40,000 nt of DNA from Candidatus Altimarinota bacterium (GCA_963664295.1 OY760935.1:580667-620666); one strand, 5' to 3'; positions 17,315 through 25,970 are shown, counted from the stretch's first letter. A program made the numbers and translations. The notes: generated by a model from the sequence alone, not told the origin.

Positions 17315-17641
17315 TTATGATTTTACAAAAGATTGTTCAAGGCTAGCAGAACATTTCTTACATGTTCTTGCTCTTTTTCCAGATTTAGTCACCAAAACAG
17401 TAACTCTGGTTGGTTTTTTGCAAGATGGACAAACAACTTGCACATTAGAAGCGTCAATAGGAGCTTCTATTTCCACTCTTTGTCCAGCTTGTTCACGAGT
17501 TTTCTTAATATGTTTTTTAGCAATATTAACTTTCTCTACAACAACACGACCATTTTTACGGTCAGTGCGGATTACTTTTCCTTTTTTACCTTTGTCTTTG
17601 CCGGCAATTACAATTACATTATCGTTTGTCTTTACTCTCAT
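17315..17641 (-). CDS. rplX: 50S ribosomal protein L24 (uL24) with four Cys in the C-terminal half
   Basis: MRVKTNDNVIVIAGKDKGKKGKV, then CPSC...CKKC. Confidence 0.93.
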   Translation of the reverse strand: MRVKTNDNVIVIAGKDKGKKGKVIRTDRKNGRVVVEKVNIAKKHIKKTREQAGQRVEIEAPIDASNVQVVCPSCKKPTRVTVLVTKSGKRARTCKKCSASLEQSFVKS

Positions 17642-17646
17642 TTTAT

Positions 17647-18015
17647 TTACAAAACATCAGGTGCTAAAGATATAATTTTCTGGAAACCTTTGTCTCTAAG
17701 CTCACGAGCCACAGGCCCGAAAACACGAGTACCTCTTGGTTGTCCTTCGTTATTTACAATTACTACTGCATTTTCATCAAAACGAATTGTGGTGCCATTT
17801 TTTCTGCGTACAGCTTTCTTTTGGCGAACAATAACCGCCTTTTGAACTGATTTCTTTTTTACAACACCTTTTGGGCTGGCTTTTTTAACAGCAACAACGA
17901 TAATGTCGCCGATTTGTGCATAGCGTCTTTTTGAACCGCCTAAAACCTTAATGCACTGTACGCTTTTTGCGCCTGTATTGTCAGCCACAGCCAATTTTGT
18001 CTCTGGAATAATCAT
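17647..18015 (-). CDS. rplN: 50S ribosomal protein L14 (uL14)
   Basis: [17 protein letters not shown] ... [11 protein letters not shown]. Confidence 0.96.
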   Translation of the reverse strand: MIIPETKLAVADNTGAKSVQCIKVLGGSKRRYAQIGDIIVVAVKKASPKGVVKKKSVQKAVIVRQKKAVRRKNGTTIRFDENAVVIVNNEGQPRGTRVFGPVARELRDKGFQKIISLAPDVL

Positions 18016-18464
18016 TTTTCTTCTGAGTTAGATTCTTTATCTTCATTAGAAGCTTCTGCTTCTACTTCTTCTTTCTCCTCTTCTTTTTCTACTTTCTCCT
18101 CTGTTTCTTCTAGCTTTTTAGCTTCTTCCTCTTGTTTAGCTTTCTCCTCTTCTTGCTTTGCTTTTTCAGCTTTGCGTTCAAGAATAGCTTTTGTATCCTC
18201 CTCTATAACATCTGCACCTAGTTCATCAAAAGCTTTTTTAACAATTTTGTCTATCTTCCAGCGTTTTAGCTTAGATATTGGTTTTGTTTCAGAGATAATT
18301 ACCTCGTCACCAATTTTACATTCATTAGCTTCATCATGAGCATGGAATTTTTTACTTACTCTATATGATTTTCTGAAAATTGGATGCATTTTCTTTGTAT
18401 GAACAGTGACTATTACTGTTTTATCTTGTTTAGCCGATGTTACAAGTCCTTTTTTATAGCGCAT
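18012..18464 (-). CDS. rpsQ: 30S ribosomal protein S17 (uS17) with an acidic C-terminal tail of about 70 aa
   Basis: The core is [40 protein letters not shown] and the tail runs [40 protein letters not shown]. There is an ATGA overlap with rplN. Confidence 0.93.
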   Translation of the reverse strand: MRYKKGLVTSAKQDKTVIVTVHTKKMHPIFRKSYRVSKKFHAHDEANECKIGDEVIISETKPISKLKRWKIDKIVKKAFDELGADVIEEDTKAILERKAEKAKQEEEKAKQEEEAKKLEETEEKVEKEEEKEEVEAEASNEDKESNSEEK

Positions 18465-18478
18465 AATAATTTAAAAAC

Positions 18479-18691
18479 TTATTTAGCAGTTGTTACTGCT
18501 TCTTTATTTTTTTCACTTAAAATTGTTTTTAGACGAGCAATATATTTCTTTTGCTTACCTTTCTTGCTCAAATCTTTTTCTTGACTAGCTTCGGTTTTAA
18601 TAGAAACTTCCACTAAGTTATTTTCTGCTTTTGCAATCTCTTTTTCTATTTCTACTGCACTAAGCCCTCGAATTTCTTCATTATTTTTCAT
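18479..18691 (-). CDS. rpmC: 50S ribosomal protein L29 (uL29)
   Basis: A 70-aa helical protein in the canonical position between rplP and rpsQ. Confidence 0.85.
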   Translation of the reverse strand: MKNNEEIRGLSAVEIEKEIAKAENNLVEVSIKTEASQEKDLSKKGKQKKYIARLKTILSEKNKEAVTTAK

Positions 18692-18693
18692 AT

Positions 18694-19113
18694 TTATACG
18701 TGTGATTTTTCAACAAATTTAGTTTTAATAGGGAGTTTTGCACTAGCAAGGCGAAAAGCTTCTCTCGCTAATTCTTCGCTTACTCCTTCCATTTCAAAAA
18801 TAACTTTACCTGCTCGAATTGGAAAAACATAAAAATCAACACTACCTTTTCCTCCTCCCATTGGCACTTCTGCGGCCTTGCGAGTAATTGGTTTATGTGG
18901 AAAAATTCTAATCCACACTTTACCACCACGCTTAATACTACGTGTAATAGCTCTACGAGCTGCTTCAATTTGTCTTGAAGTTAATTCTCCTGGAGCTTGG
19001 GCTTTTAAGCCGTATGCTCCAAAAGCTACTTTATGACCAGAAGTTGCCTTTCCTTTCAAGGAACTTCTTTGTCTATGTATCTTCCTATACTTTTGCTTCT
19101 TTGGAATAAGCAT
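18694..19113 (-). CDS. rplP: 50S ribosomal protein L16 (uL16). The start is placed at the internal ATG at 19113.
   Basis: [16 protein letters not shown] is the canonical uL16 N-terminus. The 10 extra codons in the track ([10 protein letters not shown]) look like leader sequence. Confidence 0.93.
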   Translation of the reverse strand: MLIPKKQKYRKIHRQRSSLKGKATSGHKVAFGAYGLKAQAPGELTSRQIEAARRAITRSIKRGGKVWIRIFPHKPITRKAAEVPMGGGKGSVDFYVFPIRAGKVIFEMEGVSEELAREAFRLASAKLPIKTKFVEKSHV

Positions 19114-19146
19114 TTCGCCAGTAAAAAACACAAAAAATGCCAAGAA

Positions 19147-19175
19147 AGTTTGCCTTGTTTAAAAAGATAAGTCAA
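19147..19175 (-). promoter_or_regulatory. Weak candidate promoter TTGACT-N17-CAAACT for the rplP operon
   Basis: The -35 TTGACT (19175..19170) is good but the -10 is poor. It lies between the dcd terminator and rplP. Confidence 0.25.
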
Positions 19176-19212
19176 GGATTTTTTTTAAAAAAAGCAAAAA
19201 AAGAATAAATAT

Positions 19213-19239
19213 ATAAAAAAATAGGCTTATTAAGCCTAT
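19213..19239 (-). terminator. Rho-independent terminator after dcd
   Basis: An 8-bp stem ATAGGCTT/AAGCCTAT with a 3-nt loop, followed on the minus strand by TTTTTTTATAT. Confidence 0.6.
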
Positions 19240-19271
19240 TAAGAACTACATTTAAGCAATATTATTAAATA

Positions 19272-19850
19272 TTATTTAAATTCTGGATCTATACAAATTT
19301 TACTTTCCTCTGGCATTTCTTGATTTTGATATTTTTGAGATTTTTTTTGGTGATAAGGAACTTCCGCAGGAGAACTCATTGTTTCAAAAGCAAGCTGACA
19401 AACACGCATGCCCGGATAAAGAGCAATTGGCATACGATTTAAATTGGAAATCTCCAAAGTGATAGTGCCTACAAAACCAGCATCAATAAAACCAGCAGTA
19501 GAATGCACAACAATACCAAGACGCCCCAAAGAACTACGCCCTTCTACTCTAGCAACCATGTCATCAGGTAAACCAACTTTTTCCTCTGTGACACCCAATA
19601 CAAATTCACCAGGCTGAACAATAAATGGCTCATCCCCTTCCACTTCAATTAACTTTGTTATGCCATTTTCTTGATCTTTACAAGGGTCAATAAGAGCATG
19701 CTTGGAATGCTGAAAAACACGAAAATATTTACCAAGACGCAAGTCCATAGAGCTGGCATGAACTTGTTCCATATAATTAGGACGAGGACTTTCTATTAGT
19801 ATCCTGCCATTTTCAATCTCTTTTTTAATATCACGGTCAGAAAGTATCAT
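19272..19850 (-). CDS. dcd: dCTP deaminase
   Basis: MILSDRDIKKEIENGRILI ... SSMDLRLG ... RSSLGRLGI. Confidence 0.9.
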   Translation of the reverse strand: MILSDRDIKKEIENGRILIESPRPNYMEQVHASSMDLRLGKYFRVFQHSKHALIDPCKDQENGITKLIEVEGDEPFIVQPGEFVLGVTEEKVGLPDDMVARVEGRSSLGRLGIVVHSTAGFIDAGFVGTITLEISNLNRMPIALYPGMRVCQLAFETMSSPAEVPYHQKKSQKYQNQEMPEESKICIDPEFK

Positions 19851-19898
19851 TTTTTATTCAAAAAACGCTTGTTAATTTTCCATGTTTTTAAAAACTAG

Positions 19899-20756
19899 TC
19901 AAACCAAAACCTCTTGTTCAACTGGTATTTTTCTTACTCTCAAGATAAAAGTAAGTCTTAAAATTATAAATAAAACAGAAGAAAGAGCACTAATAACAAC
20001 TGAAAAAAGCAAAGAAAAAGGAGCCAAAACTGCAAAAATAACAAAACCAAAAAAAGCAGAAAGAGGAAAATCTACAAATTCCTCAAACTGTTTTTCAATT
20101 TGATATTTTAAAACTGATTCTTTGCCGATGTTTTCATTTTGATCAATGCCAAATTCTGCAAAAATTTTATTTTTCGCCTCTGTGAGTATGCTTTTTTCAC
20201 AATTTTTGTTCCCCTGACATTCAGTTAAAAGTGGCTCTGTTTTAGTATCAACAAGCTCGTCAAAAGTCATATCAGTTAAACCTTTTTCTCCGCCAAATTC
20301 AATATTTGTTAATAAATCAGTTCCATCAAGTGCCAATTTTTTAATATCATCATAAGTAGTATTAAATGCTACAAAAATAGCTAAAATTAAAGCAGATAAA
20401 ATAAAAGTTTGACTCAAAGCAGATCTAACACTTTTTTGATAATCTATTTTAATACGCAAAGCAAAATCTCGCCTAACAGCAAAAAACAAAAACGCCATTG
20501 GCAAGCCAATAAACAAAGACAAAGGCACAAAAATATCAATAACAAAATCAAGAATTAACCACAACAAAGGAAAAAACAAAGAAAGCCAGGTTTTTTGCGT
20601 AAAAGAAGCCAAAAAAATCACCACACAAATATGCGCAAAAAATAAAACTAAAATTAACCAAAAACTCAAAAAATAACTTATTGCAACATAAAAACCCAAA
20701 ACAGTTAAAGTTGCTATAAATAAAAATGAATATTCTTTTTTGCTTAATGGCTCCAT
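19899..20756 (-). CDS. Hypothetical polytopic membrane protein, 285 aa
   Basis: Several N-terminal TM helices, a soluble middle part and a C-terminal TM pair. No recognisable motif. Confidence 0.7.
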   Translation of the reverse strand: MEPLSKKEYSFLFIATLTVLGFYVAISYFLSFWLILVLFFAHICVVIFLASFTQKTWLSLFFPLLWLILDFVIDIFVPLSLFIGLPMAFLFFAVRRDFALRIKIDYQKSVRSALSQTFILSALILAIFVAFNTTYDDIKKLALDGTDLLTNIEFGGEKGLTDMTFDELVDTKTEPLLTECQGNKNCEKSILTEAKNKIFAEFGIDQNENIGKESVLKYQIEKQFEEFVDFPLSAFFGFVIFAVLAPFSLLFSVVISALSSVLFIILRLTFILRVRKIPVEQEVLV

Positions 20757-20802
20757 AAATTATTTTAAACTTCAAAAAAGATTGTAAATTATGAAATTTA
20801 GA

Positions 20803-20830
20803 TTGTCTATAAAAGAGTTTTATGTAAAAT
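20803..20830 (+). promoter_or_regulatory. Candidate promoter TTGTCT-N16-TAAAAT for ndk
   Basis: The -35 is at 20803-20808 and the -10 at 20825-20830, 26 nt upstream of the ndk ATG. Confidence 0.45.
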
Positions 20831-20856
20831 AAAATATATATTTTTTATAGATAAAA

Positions 20857-21321
20857 ATGGAAAAAACATTAATTATTATCAAACCTGATGGTGTACAAAG
20901 AGGTTTAGTCGGCGAAGTGACTCGCAGATTAGAACGCAAGGGGCTTAAGCTTGTTGGCATGAAAATGATGAACCTTGAAGAAGCAATGCTTGCTGATCAT
21001 TATTCTCATTTAAAAGACAAACCTTTCTTTGGCGGTATTGTGAATTTCATGAAAAGTTCACCTGTTGTTGTGCAATGCTGGGAAGGAAAAGATGCATCTA
21101 ATGCTGTGCGTTTAATTTGTGGTATTACTAATGCCCGTGAAGCAGACGGAGGAACAATTCGTGGTGATTTTGCTATGAGTATGCAATGTAATGTTGTTCA
21201 TGCTTCTGATAGTGCTGAAAATGCTAAAAAAGAAGTTGCAAGATTTTTTAAACCAGAAGAAATATTTGAATACAAAAAAGACGAATATATTCATGTTTAC
21301 GCAGAAGACGAAAGAAAATAA
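20857..21321 (+). CDS. ndk: Nucleoside diphosphate kinase
   Basis: EKTLIIIKPDGVQRGLVGE ... NVVHASDS (active-site His). Confidence 0.95.
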   Translation: MEKTLIIIKPDGVQRGLVGEVTRRLERKGLKLVGMKMMNLEEAMLADHYSHLKDKPFFGGIVNFMKSSPVVVQCWEGKDASNAVRLICGITNAREADGGTIRGDFAMSMQCNVVHASDSAENAKKEVARFFKPEEIFEYKKDEYIHVYAEDERK

Positions 21322-21349
21322 TAAAGCTTTAAGCTAGCAAGTCGAACAT

Positions 21350-21378
21350 AAAAACCGTTTTTTAAAAGCGGTTTTTTA
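21350..21378 (+). terminator. Rho-independent terminator after ndk
   Basis: Stem AAAACCG/CGGTTTT followed by TTTTATT. Confidence 0.6.
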
Positions 21379-21407
21379 TTGACATAAAATAATCTTATGT
21401 TTAAGTT
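21379..21407 (+). promoter_or_regulatory. Candidate promoter TTGACA-N17-TAAGTT
   Basis: The -35 is at 21379-21384 and the -10 at 21402-21407, upstream of the 75-aa ORF. Confidence 0.4.
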
Positions 21408-21428
21408 ATATATAAAATTTTATTTATT

Positions 21429-21656
21429 ATGAAAAAAACGCCAAGCAAACCAGATATAATAAATCCTGAACAAAAAATAGTTGATAATCTTTCTCAAGAT
21501 GCAATAAATCAAATGAATTTAATGATGCAAGCAACAACAATTGACGCAATAACTGCCTACGCAATTGTCACAGAAGACGCAAAAGATAAACTTGACCCAG
21601 ATAGGCTTTTTGAAAATCTTATGGCAAAAATCACAAAAGCCTTACCTGAAATTTAA
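21429..21656 (+). CDS. Hypothetical small protein, 75 aa
   Basis: An ORF with its own candidate promoter. No recognisable motif. Confidence 0.5.
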   Translation: MKKTPSKPDIINPEQKIVDNLSQDAINQMNLMMQATTIDAITAYAIVTEDAKDKLDPDRLFENLMAKITKALPEI

Positions 21657-21765
21657 TTAAAAAACTAAAAATTTGTTATATTAAAGCCATTTTTACAAAA
21701 AACTTCCAAAAATAATTTGCAAAATTTTGTTTTTTATGTAAGAATTTTATGAACTTTAAAAATTT

Positions 21766-23544
21766 ATGAAAAAATTAGACAATTGGATTAAAGATACTCT
21801 TGATCCAAAAAACAAAAAAATAAATAAGAGTAAAAAAAATATAAAAAACCCTAAAAAATTCAGACCAAAAAAACCTAAAAAAATGCGTATTATTGCATTA
21901 GGTGGTTTAAATGAAGTTGGTAAAAACTGCATGGCCTTTGAATATGGTAATGACATTGTGGTTGTTGACACAGGGCTACAGTTTCCTGAAGAAGATATGC
22001 TGGGAATTGATTTTGTAATTCCTGACATGACCTACCTTGAGGACAATAAACAAAAAATTCGTGCGCTGATTGTCACCCATGGGCATTTAGATCATATTGG
22101 CGCAGTCCCCCACTTTCTAAAAAAATTTCCTGATATCCCAGTAATAGCCACAAAACTAACAATTGGTATGATTCAAAAACACAGCGAGGAATATAAAATT
22201 AAAAACACCAAACTAAGAACAGTTGATCCAGAAAAAGACACTGTTGAAATAGGTTCTTTTAAAATTTCATTTTTTAGAGTAAACCATTCTATTCCTGATG
22301 GCATGGGGGTTTTCTTTGAAACTCCAGCAGGCAATTTTATGCATACTGGTGATTTTAAGTTTGATTTTCGCCCTGCAGACGGGATTATGATGGACATTGG
22401 ACAGCTAGCCAGAATTGGCAAAAAAGGAGTTGATGTGCTTTTTGCAGACTCAACTAATGCACAAAAAAAAGGCTACTGCATGTCTGAATATGTAATTGCT
22501 AAAAACCTGGAACAAGTTATTGCTCAAGCAAAAGGCAGGTTAATTATTGCTTCTTTTTCTTCACTAATTGGCAGACTACAACAAATAGCAGATATAGCTA
22601 TTAAAGAAGACCGTAAAATTTTTATTTCTGGTCGTAGTATGCTAAAAAATATAGAATTAGCAGTAAAACTTGGTTATTTTAAAGTACCAAAAGGCGTAAT
22701 CCATAAACTATCCTCAAAAAATCTTGATTTGCCACCAAACAAAGTGCTAATTCTAACTACAGGTTCACAAGGAGAGTCTATGAGCGCCTTAACTCGCATA
22801 TCACTAGACGAACATCCACATATTAAAATACAAAAAGGAGATACAGTTGTGTTTTCATCTTCTCCTATTCCAGGCAATGAACGTTCTACAACAAATGTAG
22901 TTAATAATCTTTTTCGCCTTGGTGCTCATGTGATAACTAATGACGCAATGGATGTGCACACATCAGGTCATGCCCACAAAGAAGACTTAAAAATGATGCA
23001 GTCTATTGTGAAACCACGCTATACTGTGCCAATTCACGGTGAATTTTATATGCGCATGGCTCACAAAGAAATGCTAATCAATGAATATGGACTAGAAGAA
23101 AAACAAGTTGTTATCTTAGAAAATGGCTCAATTTTAGAAATTGAAAATGGCTATGCTCGCAAATCAAAAGAGAAAGCATCAGCAAACCTAATTATGATTG
23201 ACGGAATTGGTGTTGGAGATGTTGGCACCAGAGTTATTCGTGATCGCCAAGTAATGTCTGAAAATGGTGTTGTTATTGCCCTTTTCCGTGCTTTTGAAAA
23301 ATCAAAAAGATTAGTTGGTGACCCAGATATAATCTCCCGAGGATTTATATATATCAAAGAAAGCAAACAAGTAGCAGAAGAAGCACGCGAAAGAGCACGC
23401 AAAGCTTTTGAAGAAACAATAAAGAAAAATCCAAAAGCAGATCTAAAAACTATTAAACATGATGTTGCTCGTAGCTTGCGTACTTTTATAGCTAAACGAC
23501 TTGCTCGTGAACCAATGGTGATACCTTTGATAGTTTTTGTTTAA
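21766..23544 (+). CDS. rnj: Ribonuclease J (metallo-beta-lactamase / beta-CASP) with a Lys-rich N-terminal extension
   Basis: RIIALGGLNEVGKNCMAFEY ... VTHGHLDHIGAVP ... HTSGHA. Confidence 0.9.
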   Translation: MKKLDNWIKDTLDPKNKKINKSKKNIKNPKKFRPKKPKKMRIIALGGLNEVGKNCMAFEYGNDIVVVDTGLQFPEEDMLGIDFVIPDMTYLEDNKQKIRALIVTHGHLDHIGAVPHFLKKFPDIPVIATKLTIGMIQKHSEEYKIKNTKLRTVDPEKDTVEIGSFKISFFRVNHSIPDGMGVFFETPAGNFMHTGDFKFDFRPADGIMMDIGQLARIGKKGVDVLFADSTNAQKKGYCMSEYVIAKNLEQVIAQAKGRLIIASFSSLIGRLQQIADIAIKEDRKIFISGRSMLKNIELAVKLGYFKVPKGVIHKLSSKNLDLPPNKVLILTTGSQGESMSALTRISLDEHPHIKIQKGDTVVFSSSPIPGNERSTTNVVNNLFRLGAHVITNDAMDVHTSGHAHKEDLKMMQSIVKPRYTVPIHGEFYMRMAHKEMLINEYGLEEKQVVILENGSILEIENGYARKSKEKASANLIMIDGIGVGDVGTRVIRDRQVMSENGVVIALFRAFEKSKRLVGDPDIISRGFIYIKESKQVAEEARERARKAFEETIKKNPKADLKTIKHDVARSLRTFIAKRLAREPMVIPLIVFV

Positions 23545-24091
23545 AATTGTGAAAAAACTTATTATTACTGCCCATCCCAGCAAGGAAGGATTTACTCATC
23601 AAATCGCCCTTGCTTTTGAAAATGAAAGCAAAAAAATGGGATATGAAACAAAAATCCTTGATTTATATCAAGAAAAACAGGAGTTTTTAAGTTTTAATAC
23701 AGAAAAAGACCTTTATCAAAAGCCACAAACAGATTTAATTAACTGGGCAGATGAATTTGTTTTTGTTTTTCCTATTTGGTGGTACAGCGCACCTGCTGTT
23801 GTTAAAAATTTTTTTGATGCCAATTTTGTAGCAGGACTTGCTTATAAATATGAACACGGCATACCAAAAGGCTTATTTAAAAACAAAACTGTAAGATTTT
23901 TGACCACCAGTGGAGGCCCGCCACTTTTCTATTATCTCCGTCTTGCGCCCACTATTGGTCTTTGGAAAAGTAGATTTAGATTTTGTGGAATTAAAACAAA
24001 ATCATTTTCAGTATTTGGACCAAAGTCAAAACGCACACCTGAGATAATAGAAAAACAATTAAAAAAAGTGCGTAAAATAGCAAGAAAGTAA
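23537..24091 (+). CDS. Flavodoxin-like fold NAD(P)H dehydrogenase (quinone) family protein. A GTG start at 23549 is also possible.
   Basis: LIITAHPSKEGFTH ... FVFPIWWYSAPAVVKNFFD. Confidence 0.75.
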   Translation: MFKIVKKLIITAHPSKEGFTHQIALAFENESKKMGYETKILDLYQEKQEFLSFNTEKDLYQKPQTDLINWADEFVFVFPIWWYSAPAVVKNFFDANFVAGLAYKYEHGIPKGLFKNKTVRFLTTSGGPPLFYYLRLAPTIGLWKSRFRFCGIKTKSFSVFGPKSKRTPEIIEKQLKKVRKIARK

Positions 24092-24094
24092 AAA

Positions 24095-24757
24095 TTATAC
24101 ACTCACCACCTTCAGCTTTCCTTTAACTTTAAGATTATCTTTGTCTTTTTCTTGCCATTCAAAATCAATTTCTTGACCCAAATCATCAGCGTTCATAAGA
24201 AGATTTTCCTGCATTTTTTCCTGCGATGGAATAGCACAATAAATCGTTTTTTGCGCTTGTAGCTCAGGAAAAGCAAGCACACTCTCAAAAGAAAAAGATA
24301 ATTTTTCATTATCCAGCGTAATTAACATTGTACCTTTTTTGTTTAATTCAGCGTCTTCTTTGCCGTCTTCGCTATATAACTCTAACTTTTTAGTGCTAAT
24401 TTTATCCACAACAGCAATACATCTAGGTTTTCCTAATTGTTCAGCAACTTGCTTTTGTTCTTCCTTGCTTAAATCCGCACCTAAACCGCTCAAAAGAGAG
24501 GCTATATCGCCTCCCTGAGCTTTTAAAATACTCTCCAAATCAGCCAAAAATTCAATTTGGCTATCAACTTTATATTGATGACCTTCAATATTTGCTAATA
24601 ATTCCACATCAACAACAATGCGATGACTTGGGCTCATGTCCTCTGCAACTTGCTGGCCAGCTTGGTTCATAGCACCAAGCCCGCCAGAGTAAGCATCTTG
24701 CAAATCTTCCATTGCATCACCAAGGGCGCCAAAATCTATACCAAAAGGGTTGTTCAT
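24095..24757 (-). CDS. Hypothetical acidic protein, 220 aa
   Basis: Long ORF, 9 nt downstream of the lipoprotein gene. No recognisable motif. Confidence 0.65.
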   Translation of the reverse strand: MNNPFGIDFGALGDAMEDLQDAYSGGLGAMNQAGQQVAEDMSPSHRIVVDVELLANIEGHQYKVDSQIEFLADLESILKAQGGDIASLLSGLGADLSKEEQKQVAEQLGKPRCIAVVDKISTKKLELYSEDGKEDAELNKKGTMLITLDNEKLSFSFESVLAFPELQAQKTIYCAIPSQEKMQENLLMNADDLGQEIDFEWQEKDKDNLKVKGKLKVVSV

Positions 24758-24766
24758 AAATAAAAG

Positions 24767-25315
24767 CTATTGTTGAGCTTTTCGAACCATAATTTGAACT
24801 TGTTTATATTCTTTGTCGTGTGATACAGAAATTGTGTATTTACCTTCAAATTTGCCATTCAAAGTATTAGTCACAGACATAACAGATGCTGACCAACCTG
24901 CATCTTCTAAATCAGCTTCATATTTCTCCAAAGCATCTTCATCAACTTCATCAAAATCAACAATCCAAGAGCCCATACCACTTACATTTTCCTGAGCAGA
25001 GCCATATTTAAACTCTGGCACCTCAGAAGGCATATCACTTGGCCAAGAACCAGCTGTGCTATCATTAGAATTATATTTATCATCACTTTGATTCCACACA
25101 CTATCTTTATCATTAGAAGCATCGCAATTTTTCTTGCACATAGCTACATTTTCACTACCTCCTCCCCATTCTTCACACTGCGCATAACATTCATTTTTTC
25201 CAAATTCATCATCATTTTGACCAGAAGCTTGCTCATTTTCTTCAGCATGATGACAGCCAGCTAGAACAGCTGTAAATAAAGTCATAAAACAAAAAATTGC
25301 CAATGTTTTTTTCAT
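24767..25315 (-). CDS. Hypothetical acidic lipoprotein, 182 aa
   Basis: Signal peptide with lipobox (VLAGC). The mature part is Cys- and Asp/Glu-rich. Confidence 0.7.
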   Translation of the reverse strand: MKKTLAIFCFMTLFTAVLAGCHHAEENEQASGQNDDEFGKNECYAQCEEWGGGSENVAMCKKNCDASNDKDSVWNQSDDKYNSNDSTAGSWPSDMPSEVPEFKYGSAQENVSGMGSWIVDFDEVDEDALEKYEADLEDAGWSASVMSVTNTLNGKFEGKYTISVSHDKEYKQVQIMVRKAQQ

Positions 25316-25480
25316 TATAAATTTAAAAAATAAAAAAATATGGCTTTAATATACTCTTTTTTTGAATTTATGCAAAACTGTTTTTTTGAAATTTAAAAAA
25401 CTAAACAAACATAATTACTAAAAAAATCCACCTAATCCAATGAAAAATGCGAGCAAGCCTGAAACGCTCAGGTTTCCTAC

Positions 25481-25563
25481 TCGAACCCACGGGTTCTTAT
25501 CTCTGTTTCTCATTCGCAGGAGCAAAACCTCGTGCCTTTGGCACGAGAACTTGCTCCTGGCGG
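25481..25563 (-). repeat. Copy A of an 83-nt element: a CCGCCA terminus plus a 77-nt sequence containing a long hairpin
   Basis: As printed, it is 83/83 identical to 25806-25888. The hairpin is GGAGCAA-GTT-CTCGTGCC-AAA-GGCACGAG-GTT-TTGCTCC, and the element ends in GAACCCGTGGGTTC. Confidence 0.9.
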
Positions 25564-25693
25564 GACACTCGGGTCTCCTACCTTTTTGGGTAAAAATGAG
25601 AAGATGCAAAAAAATAGCGAACGCCAGTGAGCGAGAGGGGTGAATTGGGCGGGCGTGTACCGCCCAAGAGGGGCGACGCTAGCCCCTTATAAT

Positions 25694-25711
25694 TGGCGGA
25701 GAGAACGGGAT
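25694..25711 (-). repeat. 18-nt exact direct repeat of the tRNA-Ser 3' end (att-like)
   Basis: ATCCCGTTCTCTCCGCCA on the minus strand is identical to 25900..25883 inside tRNA-Ser. Confidence 0.9.
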
Positions 25712-25805
25712 GCTCATTTTTTCGGAGCTTTGCTCCTCAAAAATAAGGCCTTCTGCGCTCGCTCGGAATTTTGCGCAAGCACAAATTCACTCGCTCGCTT
25801 GAGTG

Positions 25806-25888
25806 TCGAACCCACGGGTTCTTATCTCTGTTTCTCATTCGCAGGAGCAAAACCTCGTGCCTTTGGCACGAGAACTTGCTCCTGGCGG
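25806..25888 (-). repeat. Copy B of the 83-nt element. Its first 6 nt are the CCGCCA 3' end of tRNA-Ser.
   Basis: Identical to 25481-25563. Confidence 0.9.
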
Positions 25889-25970
25889 AGAGAACGGGAT
25901 TCGAACCCGTGGTGACTTTCGCCACACACGCTTTCCAAGCGTGCGCATTCGACCACTCTGCCATCTCTCC
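25883..25970 (-). tRNA. tRNA-Ser (anticodon GGA), 88 nt, long variable arm, CCA encoded
   Basis: The reverse complement is GGAGAGATGGCAGAGTGGTCGAATGCGCACGCTTGGAAAGCGTGTGTGGCGAAAGTCACCACGGGTTCGAATCCCGTTCTCTCCGCCA. Acceptor stem is GGAGAGA/TCTCTCC and the anticodon loop is TTGGAAA. Confidence 0.92.

Noticed and set aside
19114-19143. The ten-codon N-terminal extension of L16 in the track ([10 protein letters not shown])
   Set aside because: The canonical uL16 N-terminus [11 protein letters not shown] begins at the internal ATG at 19113. The upstream ATG lies in the likely promoter and leader region.
25519-25557. The long hairpin of the 77-nt element as a group II intron domain V
   Set aside because: It has a symmetric 3x3 internal loop and an AAA triloop. 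Domain V has an asymmetric 2-nt bulge and a GNRA tetraloop. No intron-encoded protein or other intron domains are nearby.
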